This document shows, piece after piece, positions 28,287-36,333 of a stretch of DNA of 64,000 nt. The position numbers and the translations under genes are program-made. The notes below the pieces were generated by a model. That model was given only the letters and a program-made list of their open reading frames with translations, was not told the origin of the DNA and did no database searches. The stretch is from Thermovenabulum sp. (GTDB lineage: Bacteria > Bacillota > Thermosediminibacteria > Thermosediminibacterales > Thermosediminibacteraceae), in contig NZ_JBNATW010000009.1 in assembly GCF_049701175.1 (NCBI RefSeq), forward strand, positions 9,904 to 73,903, written 5' to 3'. How positions within the stretch are numbered: position 1 is the first letter of the stretch; every line of letters begins with the position of its first letter.

Positions 28287-29006
28287 CTATTTAATGCTTT
28301 CCTCATAGTTTATAATCATTTTGTGTTTAAACCGATTTAATATTTTAATAAAGCCTGTGCCGAAAAGCAGGTAAAATGCCGCATTGCCTATGGCGTGAAA
28401 AGTATCAAACCAGAAACTTGCCGCACAGACGGCGATAAAACTCTGCCAGTTTAATGGTTTAACGAAGGTAGTCCACGACCACAAGTTTAAAATCCATCCA
28501 AAAAAATACCCCCATAAAAAGCAGAAAACAGCCATTCCCCATCTGCCTATGTGCGGGAAGAGACGTTTAACGATACCTGCGGATGAGCCAGCAAGACCCC
28601 AAGCAAACATCTGCCACGGTGTCCACGGCCCCTGCCCCAGAAAAAAGTTTGAAACCAAGGCTGCAGTGGAACCTGTCATAAAACCGGCGCTTGAGCCGAA
28701 GACATAACCGGAAGCGATTGCTATAAATGTAGTAGGCTGTATGTTGGGCAGGGCGGCAAAGGCAATCCGGCCTGCTGCGCCAACGGCTCCCAGCACCGCT
28801 ATTACGGCAATTTCTCTAGGAGAGGAAGCGTCCAGTTCAAAACCCAGGTACATCAAACCAACAGCAACGAGGATGATAATAGATGCTGCCAGCCCCCATT
28901 CCCGGGTGATGGAAGCCTTCCCCGACATGGCGACCACCAGAAACACCGGGATAATTGCAAAACCGAGCCAGAATAGAATTCTTGACAACAATTTTTTCAT
29001 AAGCAT
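28287..29006 (-). CDS. ECF-transporter substrate-capture (S) component candidate, corrinoid-related by context
   Basis: 239-aa small polytopic membrane protein rich in G/A/W/F; last gene after EcfT and EcfA-A'. It lacks the CbiM-type MHxxEG N-terminus. Confidence 0.55.
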   Translation of the reverse strand: MLMKKLLSRILFWLGFAIIPVFLVVAMSGKASITREWGLAASIIILVAVGLMYLGFELDASSPREIAVIAVLGAVGAAGRIAFAALPNIQPTTFIAIASGYVFGSSAGFMTGSTAALVSNFFLGQGPWTPWQMFAWGLAGSSAGIVKRLFPHIGRWGMAVFCFLWGYFFGWILNLWSWTTFVKPLNWQSFIAVCAASFWFDTFHAIGNAAFYLLFGTGFIKILNRFKHKMIINYEESIK

Positions 29007-30700
29007 CTTCCTTTTAACTTTCTTTCCCGCTTTCCAGACGACGCCGGTTTTAACACGGCCAGAGCTTCCTCCGGAGTTAGAATACCGTCAGCAAACCCCC
29101 GGCACATCCTGCCGATCTGGGTAGAATAAAAAATTGACTCTGATAGGACCTGATGTACCGGACCGTCACATATTACTCTGCCACAGAACATCATGATAAC
29201 TCTCGATGCGTATTCTGCTGCAAATTCCATATCGTGGGTAGTCAGCACAACACTTGCCCCCTGCCTGCAATATTCCACCAGCACTTTCCCCATTTCGATC
29301 TTCTGGCGATAGTCCAGCCCCCTGGTAGGTTCATCCAGCAGCAAAAGCTTTGGCCTCGTGACCATCACCGAAGCAAGGGCCACCTTCTGGCGTTCTCCAC
29401 AGCTCAAATCCCGTGGGTTTACATGTCGGAAATCCTGCAATGAAAGCTTATCCATTATTTCATCAACTACACCGTTCGGGCTGATACCGAAGTTTTTTAA
29501 AGTATATAATAATTCTTCTTCTACCGTATCATGAAACAGGTAATCGCTGGGATTCTGGGAAAGGTAACCCACACAGGAATTCCAGGCTCCCCGACTAATG
29601 CTGCTCCCCGGTTCCCTGCCCATCAACATAATCCGGCCGCGCCCTGGTTTTAACAGGCCTGCCATGGTTTTGAGGAGTGTGGATTTGCCTGCTCCGTTGG
29701 CTCCCAGCACGGCAACCAGCTCTCCGGCAAAAAATTGTAAATTTATATCCTGTAATGCTTCCCTGCCATCGGGATATGCAAACCATACTCTGTCCATGCG
29801 TAAGATCGGTTCTTCTTCTCGCACCACAACGGGATGCTTTAAATAAAAATCTCTCGAAGGAGGGCTAAAGTTTTCTCTTAGCATCCGCCGTCCTTCCTTT
29901 ACTGTGACGGGAATCGTATTAAAACCCGTTTTGGCGAAGAAGCGGGCAACAGGCGGGATAAAAGGGTTTTCACAATGCGCCGCCCGGCGTGCCACCTGCT
30001 CAGGCGTGCCCTCATACTTTATTCTTCCACCTTCCATAATCACAACTCTGTCGGCTAAATGAAAACATCTTTCCAGCCGCTGTTCGATTAAAATCACGGT
30101 CATGCCTATGTCTTCATTCAAACGTTTTACAAGATTGAAAAAATCCTCCGCCGCTACTGGGTCCAGTTGAGAAGTGGGCTCGTCAAGGATTAAAACCGAA
30201 GGCTGCATAGCAAGTACTGCAGCAAGGGCGAGTTTTTGTTTTTGACCGCCGGATAGTTTTACTGTAAATTCTTGCCTTAGCTCCGCAAGCCCCAAAAAAC
30301 TCATGACTTCGGCAATACGACGGGCCATCTCCTGCCGTGGAAGGCCCAGGTTTTCCAGACCAAACGCAATTTCGGCTTCCACGCTTGTCATAATCAGCTG
30401 TTTTTCCGGATCCTGGAAGACTATCCCCACCTCCCTGGCTATACTGCGTTGGTCAAGCTGCTTAATATCCTTGCCCCGAAAGAAAACGCTGCCACCTATG
30501 CGGCCACCATAAAAGCCGGGGATTAAGCCAGCGAGCACCCGAGCAAGAGAAGATTTTCCCGAACCAGAACCGCCAGCGATGAGCAAAAACTCCCCTTCTT
30601 CAATATTCATATTTACGTCTTTTAATGCAGGCCTCTGGCTGTCGGGGTAAAAATAAGTCAGATTTTTGATTTGATAAAGGGGCAATTGTGCCACCCCCAA
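28997..30700 (-). CDS. ECF transporter fused double ATPase (EcfA1-EcfA2)
   Basis: Two complete ABC cassettes (GGSGSGKSS...LSGGQKQ...ILDEPTS and GANGAGKST...LSCGERQ...LLDEPTR). Confidence 0.85.
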   Translation of the reverse strand: MGVAQLPLYQIKNLTYFYPDSQRPALKDVNMNIEEGEFLLIAGGSGSGKSSLARVLAGLIPGFYGGRIGGSVFFRGKDIKQLDQRSIAREVGIVFQDPEKQLIMTSVEAEIAFGLENLGLPRQEMARRIAEVMSFLGLAELRQEFTVKLSGGQKQKLALAAVLAMQPSVLILDEPTSQLDPVAAEDFFNLVKRLNEDIGMTVILIEQRLERCFHLADRVVIMEGGRIKYEGTPEQVARRAAHCENPFIPPVARFFAKTGFNTIPVTVKEGRRMLRENFSPPSRDFYLKHPVVVREEEPILRMDRVWFAYPDGREALQDINLQFFAGELVAVLGANGAGKSTLLKTMAGLLKPGRGRIMLMGREPGSSISRGAWNSCVGYLSQNPSDYLFHDTVEEELLYTLKNFGISPNGVVDEIMDKLSLQDFRHVNPRDLSCGERQKVALASVMVTRPKLLLLDEPTRGLDYRQKIEMGKVLVEYCRQGASVVLTTHDMEFAAEYASRVIMMFCGRVICDGPVHQVLSESIFYSTQIGRMCRGFADGILTPEEALAVLKPASSGKRERKLKGRCL

Positions 30701-31587
30701 CTCAACATTAATGGGAAGGATAACAGAAAAATTACGGTGAAAAAGAACACAATTCCCGTATACCCGTCAATAAGATAAGCGAGCCGCGGGTAAAAGCTGA
30801 ATGTGCCCAAGCCTTTGGCCCAACCGTATGTCGCCGCCCCCAGGGCGAGCAGGCTTGCGGTAAGGCAGACGCTATCTCTAAGCCTCCAGACATCACGGAC
30901 ATAGTGTGAACGTCTGCCGCTACCAAAGGCCCTCGCATACATGGCTTCTGCTGTTTCCTGGGAATCTTCCAGTGAAGTTAAAAGCAGTATTTTTATCAAC
31001 ACGGCGTATTTTCCCATTCTTTCTTTTAATGTTCCGGCATTAAAATTGATTCCTCTTGCCGCCTGTACTTCTCTGATACTATCCAGTCGAATTACCATGG
31101 CGGGATACATCCTGGCGGCGAGGGAAAGCACCAGTGCGGACTTGGAAGAAAAGCGAGACAGCAAATCCATTACCCGGTCGGGATGAATCATAAAATTGTA
31201 AAGACAAAAAATACTCATTATATCAAGAAGCCTTAATCCCATGTCCGCACCATAACAAACGGCCTCCAGTGAGACATCCAACTTCCCGAAAACCGGGATA
31301 TACGGTCCGTGCCATATAACGGTTTCGCCGGCGCGCACAGTAACCGCATTTACAATTATGATAACAAAAACTGCCCCCAGGCTTACTTTAAAAAAAGTTT
31401 TCCAGGCATCTATCCCGTCAACAGCTCTTATAGCCGTAACTGTTACCGCCAGCAGCCCCAGTAGGTAAAGCGGGTGGTTGAACATCAATGTCAGCACCAG
31501 CAAAACTGCAATATACATTAATGCCGACAGCGGATGAAGACTCTGCAGAAAGAGCCCTTTTTCTCTATAAAAAAAGCGGTCCAGCAT
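30658..31587 (-). CDS. ECF transporter transmembrane (T) component, CbiQ/EcfT family
   Basis: Polytopic protein with an EcfT-type coupling-helix region (ARMYPAMVIRLDSIREVQAARG). Confidence 0.75.
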   Translation of the reverse strand: MLDRFFYREKGLFLQSLHPLSALMYIAVLLVLTLMFNHPLYLLGLLAVTVTAIRAVDGIDAWKTFFKVSLGAVFVIIIVNAVTVRAGETVIWHGPYIPVFGKLDVSLEAVCYGADMGLRLLDIMSIFCLYNFMIHPDRVMDLLSRFSSKSALVLSLAARMYPAMVIRLDSIREVQAARGINFNAGTLKERMGKYAVLIKILLLTSLEDSQETAEAMYARAFGSGRRSHYVRDVWRLRDSVCLTASLLALGAATYGWAKGLGTFSFYPRLAYLIDGYTGIVFFFTVIFLLSFPLMLSWGWHNCPFIKSKI

Positions 31588-31602
31588 GATAATCTTCTCC
31601 TA

Positions 31603-32382
31603 TCAATTTTGTGGTGCATTCCCTTCCAGACTCTCCCAGGTGGGAGAGGGGGTATTGATGCTCTCGCTGTACCACCAGATTATTCTGTCGCCAGGTTTAA
31701 TCTTTTTCTCACTTGCGGCAGCCATTGGAACTTCATCGTTTACCTTGTACATCCATCCCGACATGCCTTTGTTTGCCTGTCCTGCTATACTTATAACAAA
31801 ACCAGCATACGTCGGGCTGGTGTTATATTCAATTCCGGTGGTATCCAGAGCGCCAAGCACCGTTAAACCCCACCTGTTGTTTTCTTTTACTGCTACGGTT
31901 GCGGGGCCGTATACTATTCTGCCTTCCTTTCCGATAATGGCAATTTCTACCCGACATTCCCCGCTCCCGGCGGATGTTGATTCTGTATCTTTTGTTGCAT
32001 CACCGCTATCAACAGCCGACTCTTTTTTTTCAGAAGCGGTACGAGGCGTATTTACCTCAGAGGAAACCGCAGCACTGCCCATGGGAGTATCCCCTCCACC
32101 GGCAGGCGCAGATTTAGCATTAGAAGTCTGTTTTATTTTTGTCTGTGATGACACATTGACATGCTTTGCCTCTTCAACAACCTTTTTTTCAACGGTTATA
32201 CTCCCCGGACCAGTGCTTGTTTCCTTCTTTATCGAACCATCCGAAAGCGTGCTTTTTTCAACCGTAGCAAGTAACTCTGTATTCCTGGTATGAAAAATTT
32301 TTTGAGTGTATATTACATGCCCCGTTATTATGACAAGCAATAGTGCTATAATAATTGAAAGCTTTACAGCTTGTTTTTTCAC
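31603..32382 (-). CDS. membrane-tethered DUF4430 (transcobalamin beta-domain-like) protein
   Basis: N-terminal TM anchor, S/T/A/G-rich linker, then CRVEIAIIGKEG...GQANKGMSGWMYKVN...GDRIIWWYSESINTPSPTWESL, the DUF4430 signature. Confidence 0.7.
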   Translation of the reverse strand: MKKQAVKLSIIIALLLVIITGHVIYTQKIFHTRNTELLATVEKSTLSDGSIKKETSTGPGSITVEKKVVEEAKHVNVSSQTKIKQTSNAKSAPAGGGDTPMGSAAVSSEVNTPRTASEKKESAVDSGDATKDTESTSAGSGECRVEIAIIGKEGRIVYGPATVAVKENNRWGLTVLGALDTTGIEYNTSPTYAGFVISIAGQANKGMSGWMYKVNDEVPMAAASEKKIKPGDRIIWWYSESINTPSPTWESLEGNAPQN

Positions 32383-32424
32383 TTATATCCCCCACTGTGC
32401 CAAAGTCTTAAAATAAATAGAAAT

Positions 32425-35400
32425 CTATTCGCCTCCCATAATCCGGTAAATTATAACTGCGGTTTCGGCCCTGCCGGCTGCAGCTTTAGGCCGGAATGTA
32501 CCATCTTCAAACCCCTTGAGCAACCCCCCGGCTACGGCGGCTGCTATACTTTCCTCGCTCCAGGACGAAATCAATTTTTTATCTTTAAAATCCGGCTTTT
32601 TCCCTGATGAGGCAAGCCCCAATGAACGGGCGAGGATGACCGCAATTTCTTCCCTCGTAATGGTGCTGTCGGGGCGGAATGTGCCATCTTCATAGCCGTT
32701 GACAATATTCCAGTCTGCAGCGATGTGTACTGCTCTTGCATACCATGCGTCTTCCTTTACGTCTTTGAATTGTCTTTTTCCGCCTGTCTTTGGCTCAAGG
32801 CCCAGCGCTTTGACCAGAAGGCAGACAAACTCGGCCCTGGTCACAGCACGGCCAGGCTCAAAGCGTGTTCCATCAACTCCTGTCACAATTCCGGCTCCGC
32901 CCAGAGCTTCAACAGCATCCATGGCCCATCCGAAAGATGCCTCGTTAACATCAGTAAATGACTTTTTTACCTCCTTTGCAAACACGGCAATTTCGGAGAA
33001 ATGTTCTAACTTGGCCAGAATAACACCTTTTTGCAAGTCCACCACAGCAGGGATAACCGCCCACCTGCCGCCTGCTTTATCGTACCAGGCAAGGGCCAGG
33101 TTTTCCGGTTTTACCAGGGGTGGAATGGCAATTCTTATGGCCACTGTTACAGGCACAGTAAAAGAGGTTCCATCCGGGCCAAATTCATAAATCCCCGATA
33201 AAGCTTTGTATCCGGCAGGAACTGCGCTCAAGCCTCTATTGCCAGCGATTTTCTCAGTCGATGGCAGACTGGTCTCTTTGATCGATATTACCTCATCCTT
33301 TTTCAATGCACCAGCCGGAATGATAAGGGCTATTTCCTCTTTGTTATCGACAATGATTGCCCCTGTTGAAGCGGTTACCTTCTTCTCCAGATCAACCGTA
33401 TTTTGAAGAAGCATTTCCTTTAAATTCAAAAATTCACTGCGTTTAAACGGTTCACGGTTTCCAACGATCACTACCGATTTGTTTATTTCTTCAAAGCCCG
33501 CCGCATCTTTCGTATTCGCTTTTATTTCAAGCAATTGGTCGATTTTTTCAAGTGCCTTCAGCGCTTCATCGGAAACCTGCAAAGCCTGCGGGAGTTTTTT
33601 ATTCTGTTCTACAAAGTTGGGAGAGATCGCGTCTTCCTGTTGCTGAATCACTTTTTTGTTTACCAGTTCTTCCCACGTGGGGCCTGTAGAATTTATGTCT
33701 GTACTGTACCACCAGATGATTTCATCACCGTCATTTATAGCAAATTTGGAGGCCAGGACAGAAGGTACCTTGCCGTTGACTTTATACATCCATCCATTCA
33801 TGCCACTGTTGGCCTGGCCTTCAATGCTCTTGACAAAGCCGTTATCATCAACATAATCAAGGCCAGTAGCGTCAAGGGCTCCCAGTGCTGTCAGCCCCCA
33901 TCTTCCATCTGCCATTACGGTGACTGAACGGGGGCCAAAAAGCAGCTCACCATCTTTGCCCACCACCGCGATATCTACGGTGCACCTAACCTGATTAGAA
34001 ACGGGCTGCGAAGATCCCATCGGTTCAACTTCCCCATCAATGAGAATAAATGCGCTTAGAGCTTCCGCAGCGTCAAGAATATTCCCCATTGCACCGAAAC
34101 TGCCATCGGAATTCAGTGCTTTCTGCATCATGTAGTCAACAGGAATGAAGCCCTGGCTGCTTTTCCAGTCTGCAGGGTCCATGCCCAATTTCTTTAACGT
34201 AACAATTACCTCGGCCGTATCCACCACCGGATCATCCGGATAGGGTTGTGTGGTATAGACGCTACCGTCGGGCTGCAATTGTTTTTTAAGATAAGCAAGC
34301 CCTTTTTCTACGGCATCCTGGACCTGCTTGTCTTCGGAAGCGTTGGGCAGGTATGTCAGTGCCCGAATAGCCTGGGCTGTTGACATAAAGTCGGGGAAAA
34401 ACACACCATCCCATACTTCTCCCCAGGCACCGGACGTATCTCCGGATGAGCTCTGCTTCCCCAGTATGTAGCTTCGCGCTTCAGCAGTATTTATTTCATT
34501 TATCTTTTCCGCTTCTCCCAGCGCGATATACGCCCACATGTCGCTGTAAACGCTGTTGTCAAAGCCTTTTGAAGAATGCCTTTCTTTTAAAAGATTTACA
34601 AGCCTGTTTACCCTGTCCGCATCCCCCCAGAGGTTTAAAACCAGTATTTGCTGGGCAATGGTCTTTGTCTTCGATCTTTTTACCCAGGCGGAATCGGCAC
34701 CGGCGTAATCATTATATGTCTTTCCCAGTGATTTCAGGGCTATGAGGGTTTCGGCCGTTGCAAAGGTGCTGTCCCACTGGGCTTTTATGGCCGCGGTCTC
34801 GGCGTCCTGGATGTCCTGCAGGTAAGTGAGGCCGCCCTGAATGGCATTATAGATATCGCTGCTGGTATCGCGAGCCGCGTCAAAATAACTGAGGGCCGTG
34901 AGCACCTGTGCCGTCAAGTCGGGCTCTTCAGGATAATAGCCGCCCCAGGCGACCCCTGCTTCATTACCCCAGCTATCCTTATGCGGGCGTCTAAATTTAT
35001 TTAGATAGTTAAAAGCCTGTTGCTGGTCTATCAGGTTGAGTTTACCTGCCTTGCCAAGGGCGGTCAGGACCATCACATTGTCATAAATGCTATTACCAAA
35101 ATAAATTGAATCGCCGTCAGTTTTCTTTTTTTCCGCAATAGCTTGGGCAAGAGTGTCAATATTATTAGATTTCGGGTCTACCGCTCTAAGGGCGATCAGC
35201 TCTTTTGCAAGGTAGACGGCATCGAGAACGGTGGCGTTACTCGCAGCAGCGTCAGCGGAGGTGATGACTATATCCTTTAGAGACTTCCCGCCGTATACCC
35301 ATTTGGACAGGTCTTCCCCTGCGTCGGATAGAGCTTCCACACAGCGGTAGTCGAAGCTCCACCCCTGCGCATCATAAGCCAGAGACCCTTTTAAATAACG

Positions 35401-35901
35401 ATCCTTGAAATATGTTACGGCTTTTGAAACACTATTCTGCACCTGATCTTTTACATTGCTATCGGTTATTTCATTCTTTACCATCGCCAGCGCCTGCAGA
35501 GGAGCTTTGGTTCCGTATTCGTTGGCGTAAGGTCCGAAACTGCCATCGGCGTTCTGTGTAGCCAGGATATATGTAATCAGGCTGTTATGATTGCCAAGGA
35601 GATCGGCAATTTTCTGAATTTCCTCCTTCAGACTTTCACCATTCCTGGACCATTTTTCCGACGAAAGATCTTCTCCAGCAAGGGTAAGGACGTATGCAGT
35701 GTAGCCGTCAATTTTTTCCCCGGCTTTGTATCTGTCGTTAATAAACTGCACAGCCTTATCAGCTAATTGCTTAGCGGTATAACTTTCAGTCTGCGTGGCA
35801 GCCTGAGCTGCAGTCAGAGCCCCTCCACCAATAGTGATGCTTAATAAAAGGCAAAATACCAGAATAATCGATACCGTACGCTTTTTGGTTTTATATAACA
35901 T
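32425..35901 (-). CDS. very large secreted SLH-anchored protein: alpha/alpha-toroid (prenyltransferase/terpene-cyclase-like repeats) + DUF4430 + linker + 3 SLH domains; candidate surface corrinoid-capture protein
   Basis: Signal peptide. Repeated QxxDGSF/G motifs (QNADGSFG, LQPDGSVY, LNSDGSFG). DUF4430 block at about 33660-33995 (CTVDIAVVGKDG...GQANSGMNGWMYKVN...GDEIIWWYSTDINSTGPTWEEL). Three C-terminal SLH repeats (FTDV..., FKDV..., FKDKK...). Confidence 0.7.
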   Translation of the reverse strand: MLYKTKKRTVSIILVFCLLLSITIGGGALTAAQAATQTESYTAKQLADKAVQFINDRYKAGEKIDGYTAYVLTLAGEDLSSEKWSRNGESLKEEIQKIADLLGNHNSLITYILATQNADGSFGPYANEYGTKAPLQALAMVKNEITDSNVKDQVQNSVSKAVTYFKDRYLKGSLAYDAQGWSFDYRCVEALSDAGEDLSKWVYGGKSLKDIVITSADAAASNATVLDAVYLAKELIALRAVDPKSNNIDTLAQAIAEKKKTDGDSIYFGNSIYDNVMVLTALGKAGKLNLIDQQQAFNYLNKFRRPHKDSWGNEAGVAWGGYYPEEPDLTAQVLTALSYFDAARDTSSDIYNAIQGGLTYLQDIQDAETAAIKAQWDSTFATAETLIALKSLGKTYNDYAGADSAWVKRSKTKTIAQQILVLNLWGDADRVNRLVNLLKERHSSKGFDNSVYSDMWAYIALGEAEKINEINTAEARSYILGKQSSSGDTSGAWGEVWDGVFFPDFMSTAQAIRALTYLPNASEDKQVQDAVEKGLAYLKKQLQPDGSVYTTQPYPDDPVVDTAEVIVTLKKLGMDPADWKSSQGFIPVDYMMQKALNSDGSFGAMGNILDAAEALSAFILIDGEVEPMGSSQPVSNQVRCTVDIAVVGKDGELLFGPRSVTVMADGRWGLTALGALDATGLDYVDDNGFVKSIEGQANSGMNGWMYKVNGKVPSVLASKFAINDGDEIIWWYSTDINSTGPTWEELVNKKVIQQQEDAISPNFVEQNKKLPQALQVSDEALKALEKIDQLLEIKANTKDAAGFEEINKSVVIVGNREPFKRSEFLNLKEMLLQNTVDLEKKVTASTGAIIVDNKEEIALIIPAGALKKDEVISIKETSLPSTEKIAGNRGLSAVPAGYKALSGIYEFGPDGTSFTVPVTVAIRIAIPPLVKPENLALAWYDKAGGRWAVIPAVVDLQKGVILAKLEHFSEIAVFAKEVKKSFTDVNEASFGWAMDAVEALGGAGIVTGVDGTRFEPGRAVTRAEFVCLLVKALGLEPKTGGKRQFKDVKEDAWYARAVHIAADWNIVNGYEDGTFRPDSTITREEIAVILARSLGLASSGKKPDFKDKKLISSWSEESIAAAVAGGLLKGFEDGTFRPKAAAGRAETAVIIYRIMGGE

Positions 35902-36050
35902 ATCTCAACCCACCTTCTCAGATTTAATTTTCTGCAATTATCAAAATTGATTTTAACTCCAGCATGCTAATATGCTGTTTTTCTTAAAACACCTCCCCTC
36001 CCCAGGGCTCCCCTCAGAGGTGGGTTGAAACAGACCCAATGATGAAATAA

Positions 36051-36084
36051 AATAAAAACCCTGGCTCCTTAAGATAAGCCAGGG
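36051..36084 (-). terminator. intrinsic terminator forming the expression platform of the cobalamin riboswitch
   Basis: CCCTGGCT-tatcttaagg-AGCCAGGG followed by TTTTTATTTTATTT on the minus strand. Confidence 0.65.
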
Positions 36085-36089
36085 GACAT

Positions 36090-36285
36090 AAGCCAGTGGT
36101 AAACTGTTCCCCATCCTGCGTAGGGAGCACCAGTTTGACAGCAGGCCTCAGGTCTCCTGGCTCGGATTCACTGCTCCCCCACGCCTTCCCAGGTTATTCC
36201 CAGTGGCATGATGTGGGGTCGCTCCTCCTCACAGTGGCGCGACCGCGCCGGATTTTCACCGGCTTCCCTTGTTACCTGCCCGAAT
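36090..36285 (-). promoter_or_regulatory. cobalamin (adenosylcobalamin-type) riboswitch aptamer
   Basis: The minus strand reads AAGGGAAGCCGGTGAAAATCCGGCGCGGTCGCGCCACTGT...GCCACTGGGAATAACCTGGGAAGGCG...AGCCAGGAGACCTG. That is the conserved GGGAA/GGTGAAAATCC core, GCCACTG, and the B12 box. Confidence 0.85.
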
Positions 36286-36300
36286 TATTCATTTGTACAT

Positions 36301-36329
36301 ATTATATTAATAATTCATAGAACCGTCAA
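36301..36329 (-). promoter_or_regulatory. consensus sigma-A promoter driving the riboswitch operon
   Basis: Minus strand TTGACG, 17 nt, TATAAT, about 15 nt upstream of the riboswitch. Confidence 0.6.
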
Positions 36330-36333
36330 TAAG

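Noticed and set aside
28287-31587. Interpreting the ECF module as a CbiMNQO-type cobalt transporter, which is also commonly regulated by a B12 riboswitch.
   Set aside because: The S-like component lacks the CbiM N-terminal His-containing motif, there is no CbiN, and two DUF4430 proteins are co-transcribed. Corrinoid uptake is therefore favoured, but the alternative is not excluded without a family assignment.
31586-32293. Long antisense ORFs opposite real genes, for example 31586..32293 +, 20985..21614 +, 8485..9066 +, 13316..13828 - and 32699..33190 +, plus most other sub-130-aa ORFs in the track.
   Set aside because: They are shadow ORFs on the strand opposite well-supported genes. Their composition is low-complexity or Ser/Leu/Phe/Pro-rich, they lack RBSs and have no recognisable motifs.
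36096-36320. Plus-strand 74-aa ORF.
   Set aside because: It lies entirely antisense to the cobalamin riboswitch; the G+C-rich structured RNA keeps the frame open by chance.
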